Positions 11,828 through 25,440 are shown, counted from the stretch's first letter. The stretch: DNA of 64,000 bases from Guillardia theta CCMP2712 (GCF_000315625.1 NW_005434653.1:353745-417744), one strand, 5' to 3'. Notes: a model not told the origin generated them from the sequence alone. A program made the numbers and translations.

Positions 11828-13676
11828 TGTGAAGCTGGACCAGGCAGTTTGATTTTTAGTGCTGAATGATGGCAGACCATGGTCGGAAATACCATGAGGC
11901 AGGCCCGCGGGCTATCAGTGATCGGACCGGCCGTACGGTACGCGGCCCGGCCAGTGCCACCCGCCAGGTCGCAGGGCCCGCCCGGCTCCAGCAAGAGTAC
12001 CGTACCGGTCACTGGCAGTGGAGTATCTGGTCTAGAGGAGGGGTAATGATATATAATGGAGGGAGGCTTGACGTTGACGGTCAGTCATCCTCCCTTCTTT
12101 ACTCAAAGTTAAGTTAAAAATCAGTACGAGGACAATAATAGAGTCGACCGGTCCTACACCGTGAAACTTTCGACCACCCCCACCACAGGGTCTGCGATCC
12201 CTGGCCACCACCCACCTCATGGGGGGAAGGTACAGGCGGCCAGAGGCAAGGAGGGGTAAAGATTGGAGTAAATAGACAGGTAGGGGTGGATACCCATTCG
12301 ACTCCGGCGATAATCAGGCCGCTGCGTGGCAATCGGAGGGGTGGAACCAATCTCAAGTTTTGAATTGAGACCACCCGTCTATATTACTGATTTAGTCCTC
12401 TAAAAGAGAGGGTGGGTACAGCATTCCTGATGATACCCGCCACCGACGTCCGAGAGCCTGGACCTGGGCAGTTCCGAACCGACTCCGGCCGGAGAGGGGG
12501 TGGGGGTTGAATCTGCTTTGACGAAGTGGTGGTGGGGTGGTGTTCTATACCCTGAAATGGTAGGGTGGTAAGTCTGAATGCATATGGTGGTAGAGTTGGA
12601 GATGCTTAGCAGGAATGGTGTTGAATCAATTTGAGGGTCATCTGAGGTCAAATGAGGGTGGGTAGTCGTACGTTTTCAGGGTGGCGGGATTTGGATGGCA
12701 CGATAGGTTTCTTGGGCTTGCCATGGCTGTTCTGATCGAGGGAGGAGAAAGAATGTGCATACAGCAGAGAGATGCTGATGTAGCATTGCACAAAGAAGTG
12801 CTTTAGGGTATACAAAAGATGCGCCGATGTATGATGGCTTCTGTCGGAGCACCAAAATCTTTTCACTCACGAAACAACCTGGATGTGTAACGCACGTCAT
12901 CACAGGCGGTCGATTCCGCTCTAACTCACATTTCTGCAGAAACCAGCAGCGCTCTAAGATCCCATGAACTTTCATAATGGTTATTTTCATCCGACCAGCT
13001 TTGGAAGTAACCAGGTTCATTGTCGTCATTTTTTCTTCCGTTGAGTGACTGAATTTTACAATTCAGCATGAAATGAACATGAACAGCTTTTATCTTTCCT
13101 CAACAGCAAGCCCTGCCTATCCCTCATATGTCAACATATCCTTGCGTCCGCCAATTCATTCACACCCGCACGAATTTCACATTCATAACTCCGCAAAGGA
13201 GGTACAGAGCGAAGCATCGCCTTTTGAAACGTACTTACAAGCTGTGCAGAATCTTTTCAACTACCCTGGCCATGAAAACAGATATTTCCATTTCATTCTG
13301 TAAGCCCTCATATGCATCTCTAAAGTTGTCACTGAAGCTCTGTCTTTTCTGCAGGAATCGTCAACCACACACGATGAATTTACAACACCCTTCGTTTCAT
13401 GCACACTCGAACCCCACATTCTTTCTGAATCAAGGAGTCCCAAGGTAGGGTTGATTGGACTGCACAATTCAACTCCTTTCGATGTATTTCAATGATTGAG
13501 CATGGTTACAGCTTTCATTCACACAGGGATACATCATTCATTGTGAGAGTATCATCGTGAATTGAACTCGTGAGCTCACTTGTTGCTGTGGCAGAAATAC
13601 TCTGCGAGACGATCAAAGAATGTGACCGCACCTTTGAGTAATCTTTGCCAAACTTTCTCTGCTCTTGTCAGACCTG

Positions 13677-14730
13677 ATGATTGATCCTCGTCCAGTGGTT
13701 CCAACAGCGGAGCAACACTCTTCGCCGCAATCAAACTCATTCTGTGCTCTGTGCGGTCAAACGGTTGGTACCCTTGAAGTCACGACAGAATGCGGTCACT
13801 ACGCTCACTCCAGGCACTCTCCTTGGTTACTTGTATTAGCCGTTGATTGCATGGTTTCAGTTGTTGGCAGCAGCATATGGCAAAGCATGCCGATCTGCAC
13901 AAGAAGACCATCACTTGTCCGGTTTGCAGCACCAACTTAAATCTCAGACAACTCGAGCATGCTCATGCAAGTCCTCATATGAAAAGCTCTCATTTGAATT
14001 CTATCTCATCTTTGGACGATCATTTGGATGATGGTCTTTATCCCAAGTGCTACCAGATCACTGATGGGAAAAGTCACAGCAATTTTGATGAAGGTAGTAT
14101 CACGCCGATTTTCTCAGCGTTGATGTAATTTTCGATTCAGATGAAATCGACTCTTCTGTCGATACCTCAACCAGCTCATGCCCAGAGGAGCAATCCTTTC
14201 TGACGTGAGCTTTCCATGAATCAAGCTCGTATTTGATTTGAACGCTTCAGCTCATCTTACATTGCAAGCCCGAATCTCAAGAGTGACGGAATTTGTGCTG
14301 AGGTATGCTCTTCTTGCACCCTTTGCTATGGGTTTGTGATTTCCTGCAGGTTGGTTTCCTTGACAACTCAATTTTCACGCCATACAAGCAAAAACGCTTC
14401 ATTGAGATAAAGAGTCCACCCTCTGCTCGTTCACAGGAAGGTAGGAAGTTGATTATCACCTGGAAGACGTTTTTGATTTTGTCTCCAAGGTATTTACCGA
14501 CGAGTACTGCATGCTCGCAATTGTCAGCAGAGTATAAGATTTTCTACGGATGGTACAAAGCAAGAGGTGTTCATTTAGAATTCAAGAAGATGCAGTCAGG
14601 CATTAACTGACTGTTGAATCAGTTCCATGATACATGTCGAGGTGAACAAAACCTCACAAATGTTCATGGCAAATTCAGAGTTGCTGGCAGTGATGAAAAC
14701 AATAATCCTTCAGCAATCTTGTTCATGTGA
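13677..14730 (+). CDS. RING-H2 finger protein (putative E3 ubiquitin ligase), multi-exon; 3' end approximate
   Basis: CALC-x12-CGHYAH(S)SC-W-x16-CPVC is reconstituted across intron 13814-13860; further small GT-AG introns follow downstream. Confidence 0.75.
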
Positions 14731-14943
14731 AAGAATGAATAGGTATTGTTTGTACAAAAATAAAGCTGTTACGCAGCTCTTGCTTTCCTGGTTAATGATC
14801 TCAGTTTGATAATGATTTCCTGAATCAGTGACACAATCGGAACGTGACGCCAAACATGAAACTTTGGATAGCATATGATCACAAAGATTCATTATCAACA
14901 AGGAGACATGTTTGGCTGTGTGGAGGCTGTCCATCGGTAGCGC

Positions 14944-15255
14944 TCATTGGCCATGCAAAGCTTTCTCCTTCTCTTCCTGAGCAATCATGGCCCTCGATTT
15001 GATCGGGATCAGCTTCGGCTTGCAGAGTATCTCAGTCAGGGTCCCTTTCTCGCTGTACACCAGCCCAGCCTGCAGTCGAGCAGGAGATGAGCTCAGAGTG
15101 ACTTGGAGCAGAGAGCAGAGAGCAGGGGGCAGGGGGAGGGGGCAGGGGGCAGGGAGCCTTACCTTCGACAGGACTTCCCTCGGAGCCGACTCCAAGTCGC
15201 TAGTTCCCTTCATTGGCTGGGTGCCCAAACGACGTCCTGCCAGGCTCTCAGTCAT
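14944..15255 (-). CDS. BBIP1: BBSome-interacting protein 1 (BBIP10/BBS18); intron 15070-15162
   Basis: Spliced 72-aa product with REVLSK/AGLVYSE...ILCKPKLIPIKS, matching the BBIP1 signature REVLPKQG...LCKPKLLPLKS. Confidence 0.9.
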   Translation of the reverse strand: MTESLAGRRLGTQPMKGTSDLESAPREVLSKVRLPAPCPLPLPPALCSLLQVTLSSSPARLQAGLVYSEKGTLTEILCKPKLIPIKSRAMIAQEEKEKALHGQ

Positions 15256-16646
15256 GCTGCTGTGACATGGGACAGAGGAGGGCTCTCAACCATTCGACCT
15301 AGTTGCGCACTGTAACTTCACCCAAAACGATCAACTAGAGCCCGTTGCACTCTGAAGTGCTTCCGTGACGTCAACACGGCTTCTACATGAGCACCCGGCT
15401 CGCTTCAAGCTCGCACTGATCTCAGAACTCAGAAGCCTCTTCTGAAATCATCGTCCCTCGATACCTCCCCTCTCCTCCCTCTCCATTCTCCTCCCCACCC
15501 CGCAAGTATCCCCTCATCCGTTAAAGAGTAACGGTCCTCAACATCAAAGAGGGCCCATCGGGGGGAGGGGAAGGGGAGGGGAAGGGGAGGATAGGGGCGC
15601 GTGCAGGAGTTCACCTAGCCACATCTCACAAAGACTTAGCAGGCAATGTTTATCTTCCCCACCATCACTATTCCTGTTCTAGCAACTCCCCCTTCCCTCC
15701 CACCTATCCCCGATGCTTCGAGGATCTCGAAGACTCAACTGATATCAACCCTTCGCCACTTTTACCCTAGCTTGACATTGCGGCATCAGTTAGGATCATG
15801 TGCACCAGAAGAATTTGATATCATCATCCGCATGCGCATGCCTCTAAATGAGAAGGCCGAACGAGGATTTTCTCGTTCATGATGAACAAGATGACGATTG
15901 TGACCACGAATGCTCAGAAGAGGTATCTATCCTTGGTGTCAACCATTGCTGTCAGATTCATTCGTTTCCATTACTTCATCACATCCAGGTCTTTGTGTGA
16001 TTCTGTGCTACAAGCATGCTGTGTTTGCCATTGATCCGATGTCATCTCTGTTCCCGACGGAAACATCTGATGACTTACTTTTACCATGTCTCATGTCTTC
16101 CATCCCCCCCCTTCTTCCTTCGTCTCCTCTGATCGCCCAATCATGAATCTCCTGACCTCATCCTGCATGGATGCTGGCATCCATGTGCCGATTTTCTCCT
16201 CTCTCCCATGGATCCGGTTTACATGACTACCCCTCACCCCCATTTTGACCACCAAAGTACCCCTGATAGCTATTGGTTCCATGGCACTTTGGAGGAATTG
16301 TTGAGGCGGACCGTCATCAATCACCGATAACGGATGATACGGTTATCGATACCCCCGTTCTCAACCGCCCAGCTAGGTTGACCGCTGGAGATGCGGGCTA
16401 GCCCAAGGGATGCACAAGGAGGGAGAGGCGGGAGAGGCGGGAGAGGCAGATAGGACGGGCACAAGAGTGCAGGAGAGCCTCAGTAGAGAGAGGAAGATCA
16501 GATATCTCCAGACACGTGCTCGCCGTAGACGCGCGGCGAGCGAAGAGACTGAGAGTTCAAGTGGTTAGTGAACGGCTGCGAGGCACACCAAGATAGGCAG
16601 ATGGAGGCAGGAGAGAGCGAGAGGGAGAAAGACTGCCGCCAGAGCC

Positions 16647-19600
16647 ATGGATCATGCTAGATCCTTGCTGATTGCACTTGACGCAATGCTTTCAATGCTT
16701 TCTGAACATGACTGCGGCAGGTTCGAAATGTAAGTTGGTGAGAGACGAAGCTCAACTTGCTTGAGCCATGGAGATAGACTTTCACTATGAGGATATAAGC
16801 TCGCCAGACAGCAAAGCTGACACTCGCCCGGGAACGTCCACGGGAAAGATATTGAAGGCTTCAGAGCACGAAGCATACTGGACCGAAGATGCCAAAGTCA
16901 ATCATCGTCCTCAAGTTCTGCAATGCTCGGATGAAGAAGAGCAACTAGAAGTGCAGGAGCTGGAGACTGACATGCCGTCCTCTTCAGGGTGGAAAGTGGT
17001 CGAGTACACGGATAAGAGCGAGAAAGCTCGAGACCGTCGTGAAGATCAGGGTCAGCCAGTGAGCGATGGTGACTTGGCCTTGCTGTCTGATTTGAGGAGC
17101 CTCATCGACGAAGCTGTCTTGCTGGTTGAGCACGCGGCCGATGGCGTTTATGAAGACCTGGTGATGACGCTCGAGCAGAGCAGCAGCCCTATCGGTCGTG
17201 CTATCCGAAACGAGTTGAGCAAGAGGACGGGAAGCGCGGATGTGAAGTCTCTGGCAGTGACCAGCTCTCAGGAAAATGGTGTCGATGCAGCACTTGAAAG
17301 GCTGGTAAAGGAGGGGAGCGAGCTGCTGGAGAAGATGCCGGAGGAGCTGGTGGAGACGCTCGGGGAGGCGCTTAGGAGCAGCAGCCCGGTGGCGCAGATG
17401 CTTCGAGACCAGCTGGAGGGGGGCAGGGAGGAAAGGGAGGAAGAGGAGGAGGGCGGGAGAGGGCTTGAGAGAGAGCCGGGAGACAGGGAGGGAGGCGGTG
17501 GAGTAGGAGAGGGAAGGGCAGATGAGAAGGCCGAGGAGGCACTGAAAGAGACAGGAGCAGCGGGCAGCAGCGGGCAGGAGCAGCACGGGACTAGTACCGA
17601 ATCGACGGAGGAGACGAAAGAGGACAGCGGAGAGATCGATGCGGAGGTGGAGACGGAGGGGAGAACACATACGGAGGTCAATGGAGAGGAGGGAGGCAGC
17701 GGGTCAGGGGAGGAGTCGCTGGTGGGGAGGCTGGTAAAGGAGGGGAGCGAGCTGCTGGAGAAGATGCCGGAGGAGCTGGTGGAGACGCTCGGGGAGGCGC
17801 TTAGGAGCAGCAGCCCGGTGGCGCAGATGCTTCGAGACCAGCTGGAGGGGGGCAGGGAGGAAAGGGAGGAAGAGGAGGAAGAGGAGGAGGAGGGCGGGGG
17901 AGGGCTTGAGGGAGAGCCGGGAGACAGGGAGGGAGTCGGTGGAGTAGGAGAAGGACGGGGAGGGACAGAGGGCAGGGAGGGCGATTTGGGGGCGGAGGAG
18001 GACAGGAAGGCAAGCGAGAAGGCCGAGGAAGCCGAAAGGGAGACAGGAGCAGCGGGCAGCAGCGGGCAGGAGCAGCACGGGGCTAGTGCTGACATGGAGG
18101 AAGTTGGAAGCTTGGGGGTGGAGGGAGGGGACCATGTGGAGGAGACAATAATGTCAGGGGAGGAGGAAGCCGGTGGTAGTGCTGGTTTACCGCACTCTGC
18201 TCAGGAGGAGCTTGTCGGAGCAGAGGTTGCAACTGACATGGAGGAGGGAGTGCATGGAGGGAAGGAAGAAGACTGCCGGGCAAGGGGATCTTTGCAGCAG
18301 GTTGAGAGGGATAGGGAGGAGAAGGACAATGTTGGGAAGATACTGGGAGAAGAGCAGGAGGTGAAGTTGGAGGTGAAGCAGGTGGAAGGGAAGAAAGTAG
18401 AGGAGGAGAACCTGCGAGCAGAGGTCGGCCAGTATGATGTCGGCTCTGATGGAGGGGACGGGAAGCAAGCTGCGAGCAAGGAGGAAGGGCAGGAGGATGG
18501 GAAGGGGCTGCTCAAGATCAGGATCCCTTCACTGCCAGAGACGAAGACGAGGAGAAAGGGGAAGACGGCAGATCTTGAGTTCGAAGGAGGTTGGTTGTGC
18601 TCTTGGGGAGCTTCTGAGGTTTGACATGGACTTGTTTGCAGCTACCAGTGAAGGGAGTACAGAGGGTGGGAGGGGAGGAGCAAAGTTGGTTGACAGCCCT
18701 CCTAGGAACTCACCTCCAGGTCGTTGATGAGTTCGTGCTTGCTTGTTCGGTTGCACTGTTGGTCACATGGCGATGGGATTTGTCTTGACAAATTCTCTCT
18801 GCCTCCTCCTCCTTCTGTTCCCTCACTCCCTGTCCCCCCCTCCTCCCTGTTCCTCCTCTTTTCCTCCTCCTCTTTTCCTCCTTCCTTCCTCCTCCATTCT
18901 TCTCCCCCTCTATTTGCTCCCTATCCCCCCCTTCTCTCCTTCCCTCTTCTCCGTCTACTTCATCTCTCTGCCTTCCATGCTCTCGGATCACCTCAACTCG
19001 CTCCTCATGGCTGATTTCATTCTTTCAGTTCGATCGCCATCCGTCAGACTCTCCCTTCCAGTCTCCTCCCCTCCTCCTCAAGGTTGACCATCTGCTGGCA
19101 ACTAAGCTCCCCTCTTCTCTGTTCCTGCTCCACCTCCTCTTCCTCCTCTTCCTCCTCCTCCTACTACTGCTCCTCTTCCTCTCTGTCTCTGTCTCTGTCT
19201 CCTTTCGCTGCTGGCTTCCTTGTCCCTCTTGCGCCTTGCTTGACTTGCCTTGCCCCCCTACCACTCTGTTCCGATGACCTTCTCCTTCACTCTCCCTCCC
19301 TCCTCTCTCCCTCCCCGCCCTCCCCTCCCTCTCCCCACCTCCCTCCCTCGTCCTCTCCATCCTTCTGTTCATCTTCCTTAATCTTTCAACCAGCTTCTCG
19401 CTCTCCGCATCCCAATCGTTACAGGATGCTGGCAGGTTTGGACCTCCCTTCATCTACCCTTTCCTCATACATATCCTTCTTCTCTGTTCTCGTCCTTCTA
19501 CGTTCTCCCTCCCTTACTCTCCTCCCTCCCAACTTCTCTCCGCCTCCTCTAACACGTTCAACAGCCAGCAAATCAACCTCTATCCTCCTCCATGACAGTC

Positions 19601-22600
19601 CCTACTGCTCGCCTCCTCCTCCTTCTCGCACATCTCCCCATCTTCATCCTCCTCTCCGCCCCAAGAGCACTTCCGATCTCCTCCCGAAGTTCGCTCGCAG
19701 CAGGCGTCTCCCTCCTCCAGCTCGCAGCCGCATGTCCCTTCCCCTTCATCTTGCACATGAGAGCATAGCGCCATGGCAAACGCGTGAAGGCGCCAGGAGC
19801 TCGTCGAGCCGGAGGAGGAAGAGAACAGAGGAGGAGCGCAGAGACGAGAAGCAGGGATCTGTAACGAGGGAGGAGGAAGAGGAGGAGATTTTCGACCTTC
19901 TGCGTTGTTCGAGCATCTTTGCTCCCCTCCTTTTCGAATCTCTCCCTGTGGGCAAGAGCGTCGTCCCCTCCAGCATGCTAAGCGCGGCTCGAAGAGGGTG
20001 AGAAGAGGGAGGAGGGGAGCGGATGGAGGACAATCATAAGGAGGAGGAGGAGGAGGACAATCATAAGGAGGAGGAGGAGGAGAATCATAAGGAGGAGGAG
20101 GAGGAGGAGGAGGAGGAGAGGGTGGTGGTGGTGGTGGTGGTGCCGGACTTACTCACTTTTCTCATTTCTCAGCTCTGTGGAGGTAGAGGTCGCTCATCAG
20201 GACAGGAAGAGCTTTCCGATTCTTACCAACAAGGTGCGAAGTTGGAGTAGGAGTGAGGACGAGGAATATGAGCATGAGGAAGAGCAGGAGAAGCAAGCTA
20301 TGGAGCAGTGAACGAAGAGCAAGGGGAGGAGGGGCAGGAGGGGCAGGAGCAGGAGCAGGAGCAGGAGCAGGGGCAGGGGCAGGGGCAGGGGCAGGGGCAG
20401 GGGCAGGAGCAGGAGCAGGTTAATTTGGGGTGTAGGTCAACACTTCCATCTCATGCTCGTGGAACTGGAGGGACGAGGAGCCAGCAGGGCTTGAGCTGAC
20501 CATCGAAACTATCAAGGCAAGAGACATCCTTGTCCGTCCTCCGTCCTCCCACCTCCCACCTCCCTCCTCCCTCCTCTAATTCTTCACTTCTCTGCTCCTT
20601 CCTGACTCTCTCATCTCCCCTCCTTGCTGCAATTCTTATCTTTTCCTTTCTGAGACGTTCTGAAATCAGAGTCTTCCCGTGCTTGACCGCTTCGGCCTGG
20701 CAAACTTGAAGGCAAGTCGGGGAGGAGGGGAGAGGAGAGCGAGCAAGCGAAAGAGGCCGAGAGGGAGCAAGTGAAGGAAGAGGAGAGGGAGCAAGTGGAA
20801 TAGGAGGAGGAGGAGCAAGTGAAACAGCAGGACGAGGAGCACGTGGAGGTGGAGAGGGAGCAGGAGCGAGACGGGGAGTGCGCGGGAGTTGAGGGGAGCA
20901 AGTGAATGATCGGAGGAACAGGTCATGGCAGAGATTGGGAAGAGCGTCAGAACCTCCCGGGCTTACAGGCTGATGTATGATCCTGCCCCTGCCCCTGCCC
21001 CTGCCCCTGCCCCTGCCCCTGCCCCTCCTGCTCTCGCTCCCGCTTCCGCACCTCTTGTTTTCGGGCGTTGACCTGGCATAGGGACGAGGCTGATCTCAGC
21101 ATGGGCGAAACCTTCTGGCTGCCTTGCGACCAGCTAGCAGGAGGAGAAATCCCGTCGCTGACTATGGTGAGAGGGATGGAATATACCTGCTGCTGCTGCT
21201 GCTGCTGCTGCTGCTTCTCCTCCTCCTCCTCCTCCTCCTCCTCCTCTCCTCCTCCTTTTCTCCTCTCCTCCTCTCCTCCTCTCCTCCTCTCCTCCTGTTC
21301 GGTCATCCTCGCTGGCAAGAGATCTGAGGTCTCGTCGCAGAGTTTGCTGCTCGTCGACTCGGAGGTGCTTGTCCGTGAGGTAGCCCGGGCATGCCGCATC
21401 TCGACGATGAGGGAAGGAGAGGTAAGGAAGAGGAAGAGGGAGAGGAGGGTGGAGGAGAGAAGGGAGAGGGAGAGGAGGGACGAGGAAGGTGGGAAAGGTG
21501 TAAGGAGGAGGGAGAGATGGCAACGAAGCAAGGAACGGGAGTGAGGCGGGAGGAGAATGGAGAAAGGGGAAGGGAGGAGTTGGAATTGGACGAGGGAAAT
21601 GGGAGAGGAGGAGGGGAAGGGGGGAGAGAGTCTGGTTGTTTCCTCTCGTTGAGATATTCAGCTCTCATCAGCGATGTAGATGATGAAAATCGGAGGGAAT
21701 AGTCCTGATGCTCCTAAAGGGATGAAGAAAGTAATTCATATCTGTAGTCTCTCCTCTTCCTCTTCCTCTTGCTCTTGCTCTTCCTCGTCCTCGTCCTCTT
21801 CTTCCTCCTCCCCCTCCTCCTCCTCCTCCTCCTCCTCCTCCTCCTCTCCCCCCCCCCCCCTCCAGAACTCTTTCCTCTTGCTGCTTCTCAATCGATTGTC
21901 TTTCAGTCTTTTGTCGTCTCCTCTGAAGCTGCCGTCCTCCTCGGCCAATTCGCTTCTGGAAGTCCCACGAAGATGCTCAAGGATCTGAAGAAAAAAGACA
22001 AGGTCCTGCTCTTCTTCTTCCTCCTCGACCTTCTTCTCCTGTTGCCTCTCCTTCCCCTCCTCCTCTATCTCAATCTTCAATTCTTCACTCCAATTTAGCA
22101 GTCCTTCAATCCCATCCTTTCACATATTCTTTCTTGGCTTTCGATTGTCATCCTCCTTGTCTGCTCTCCATTTTCTCCCTCTTGCATTCTTCGTTCCCTC
22201 TGCAAAATCTGCTACCTCTCTCCTCTCGTCATAACGTTTCTGATCGCAGTCAAAGTTGTTCAAGGAGTTGCTTCTCAACAGAGGAACTTCGATCGGTCAC
22301 TCCTCGCTCGACTCCCTCCTCTTCTTCTTCCCGCTCCCTCATCACTCTTCTCCTCTTCCTCCTCCACACTTCGCCCCTCCCCTTCTTCTACCTCTCTCTT
22401 CTCCTCACTTGACCCGCAGGCGCCCCCTCCCTCCTCCTTCCCAGCTCCTTCCCAGCTCCTCCACAGATCCTCATTGCTGTCAAACCCTTCCAGCTCGTTC
22501 ACGTTCCTCGAGCTGCGATTCTCAGCTCGATTCGAGCTCGACCCCAGATAGCCCAGCACCTGGCCCAGCACCTGGCGTATCCCCCCACTTCCCATTTCAT

Positions 22601-24745
22601 CCGCTGCTGACTGCGCAGCAGGAGGCTGGAGGAGGTTGACCTCTCTGCTGGAGGCGGAGGCGCAAACTCCCTCACCGTCCATGTCCATGTGTACTCAGCT
22701 CGGCAGCTCCCGGCTTGGGTCAAGCTGGGGTACAGCGAATGCGACCCCTGCTGCTTCGTACGGGTGGAGGATGCGGCGTTCAAGACAGGTGCGAGGGAGG
22801 AGGGTGGCGAGGAGCAGCAGGAGCAGCAGGAGAAAGAGGAGAAAGAGGCGCAGGAGAAGGAGGGGTGTCGGGTGTAGGAACGAGGAGAAGAAGGAAGTAT
22901 GACAGCACTGGAAGAGAAGATCAGGGGTTGAGACAGGAGGGAGGGGATGGTAGACGAAAGGGAGAGAGGCAGGAATCTACTTATCACATTCTTCACTGAC
23001 TTGTCTTGTTCTTTCAGCCTCTCAGCGTTTCAGCCGGCAATCGGGTGAAATGCCTTTCTGGGATGAGCGATTCGTGTTCGAGTCACTTCACAGCTCCTCC
23101 GGTGCCATCGAGTGAGAAAATTCTGCTCCCTTTCTTCTCCCGCTCCCACCTCCATCTCCTTCCTCCTCCAACTCCTCCCTCCTCCCTCTCCTTCCACCTA
23201 CCTCCTCTCTCCTCTCCTCCTCCCTCCTCTCCTCCTCCTTCGTCCTTCGATCTTGCTNNNNNNNNNNNNNNNNNNNNNNNNNNNNNNNNNNNNNNNNNNN
23301 NNNNNNNNNNNNNNNNNNNNNNNNNNNNNNNNNNNNNNNNNNNNNNNNNNNNNNNNNNNNNNNNNNNNNNNNNNNNNNNNNNNNNNNNNNNNNNNNNNNN
23401 NNNNNNNNNNNNNNNNNNNNNNNNNNNNNNNNNNNNNNNNNNNNNNNNNNNNNNNNNNNNNNNNNNNNNNNNNNNNNNNNNNNNNNNNNNNNCAGGGAAG
23501 GGAAAGACATTAAACATGACATCCATCCCATCCCCGGACCCCCCTAACAGACCGTATATGATCGTGTATGATAAAAGAAAGCGCCCGATCACTCCCAGAC
23601 ACCCCCGCGATAGGTGTCCTTCCACCGGGAAAATTCAATCCAGTCTGTCCAATTCACGGTAACCACCACACCCCTCCACGGCCCTAGGCCTACCCCCCCT
23701 CCCCTCGCGTCCCGTCCCCTCCTTCCATCCTCTCTCATCGCCTTCTCTGTCCTTCTCTTGTCCCCTCCCATTCCTCACGTGCAGGCTCAGTCCTGCTCTC
23801 TTCTCCCAACAATGACAAGCTTCCAGCACCCTCAAGCAGCACAGGAGCTTCACAGGCTGCATCAACCTGAAGCGAGGAGGAGGAGAGGCTCTGCTGCTGG
23901 GGGAGAGCTGGCAGGGGGGGTCGAGGGAGGCGGAGGGAACGGGAGCAAGCACAAGGCAGTTGGAGGAGTCCGTTGTACTCGTCCACTTGAACTTGCTAGG
24001 AGGATATTACCCTGGAGAAAGAGAACTCATCGCAGCCCTTCGCAGGTGCTCTCGGGCTCCTCCCTCTTCTTCCTCCCTCCTGCTCCTCTCCTTTTCCGTC
24101 TCTTCTCCTCCTCTTCCTCCTCCTTAACGTGACTTTCGATGTCCTCATCCTCCTTCTCCTGTACTTGTTCTTGTTTCCGCTAATATTCTTCTGTTTCTCG
24201 CAGCATCTCATCGGAATCTTGCTTCTCCCTTCTTAGACAGCTTGTACCATCACACCTCCCCCTCTGCTTCTCCCCTCCCCTTCACCTGCAACTCCCTCCC
24301 TCCCTCTCCCCAACCCCCCCCCCTTTCTCTCTCGCCCTCCCTTCCTTCCCTCCCTCCCTCCTTCCCACCTCCCTCCCACCTCCCTCCCTCTCTGCCTCCC
24401 TCCCCCCTTCCTCCCTCCCTCCTTCCCTCCCTCCCTCCCTCCCTCCCATCACGGTCTTTGCTCAGTTAGTCAATCAGGGAGTGAGGCGCGTCGAAGATCT
24501 GCTGCTTGACCTCGACTTGTCGTCACTGCGGGCAGGTGCAGAAAGAGGAGGAGAGGAGAGAGGGAGAAGAGCAGGAGGAGGAGGAGGAGGAGGAGGACCT
24601 GACGGTAACAGCAGGCATGTCAAGGAAGCGGTTCGAGTTGTTGTGCGAGAGGCTGCAGGCAGGAAAGAGGAGAAGGTTTCTGTCTAAAGCAGAGATGAGC
24701 ATCGCAGCATCGCTGGAGGAGGCGAGTAGGGAACTGGAGGGCTGA
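16647..24745 (+). CDS. Large multi-exon protein: acidic repetitive N-terminus, Ser/Pro-rich linker, one or two C2-like domains; model approximate and spans an assembly gap
   Basis: 618-aa acidic ORF at 16768-18624, then small exons among purine/pyrimidine microsatellite introns, including LELTIETIK/SLPVLDRFGLANLK...GETFWLP and LTVHVHVYSARQLPAWVKLGYSECDPCCFVRVEDAAFKT (about 22670-22790, C2 consensus). Confidence 0.55.
17299..18086 (+). repeat. Intragenic direct repeat (copies start at 17299 and 17728, offset 429 nt)
   Basis: RLVKEGSELLEKMPEELVETLGEALRSSSPVAQMLRDQLEGGREE is encoded twice with near-identical DNA. Confidence 0.93.
23258..23492. other. Assembly gap (235 N)
   Basis: Run of N. Confidence 1.
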
Positions 24746-25440
24746 GGAAAAGAAGGGGGGGGGGAGCAGGAGAGTCCGATCAAGAGATGCGGATGATGTA
24801 GGGAGAAAAAGGCTGTTTGATAGGTTTGTTTCTGTTTCATATTATTTACATTCACCATTCGTGCTACTTTACATGCTGATGTTACAGATACACTTGAATC
24901 CTCCTCCTGGTCCTCCTGCTCCCCCTCCTGAACCCCCCCTTCCCCCGCTTTGCTCCTTCCTCCTCGATTCTCGACAATCTCCATATGTCCACATCCCGTC
25001 TTGACCCCTTGTGCTTCCCTAGCTGCCCCCCTCTAGTTGTGTACGGTCGCACACCACCACAATCTTGACTTCTCCTCCTCCTCCTCCTCCTCCTCCTCCA
25101 CTACAACCATTTCCTCTTCCTCTTGTACCTGCTCCTGCTCCTCTACCTCCTCCTCCTCCTCCTCCTCCTTCCCCTCCTCCTCCTCCTCCTCCTCCTCCTC
25201 AGCTACTCTGGTCCAGCAGGGGCATCCATCAGGTTTCTTGCCATCACTTCCTCTGCGGGACTGCACTTCAGGTCAGGAGTAGCAGCAGGACGCGCAGCTC
25301 TTGCCTGCTCCTTCTGTGCTCTGCCAGTATTCTCACCCGCTCCGCTATCACGTCTCGGTCAGCAGCTGGAGGGTTCGTCCTCCTCCACTCCATCACTAGG
25401 CTCGCCTGTTGGAATCTTGAGCGCCTTATCTCCTCCTCCT

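Noticed and set aside
12676-13467. Several 70-117 aa ORFs
   Set aside because: No recognisable motifs and no consistent exon chain.
16984-18515. Long Ser/Pro/Leu-rich minus-strand ORFs
   Set aside because: Antisense shadows of the Glu/Gly-rich plus-strand exon.
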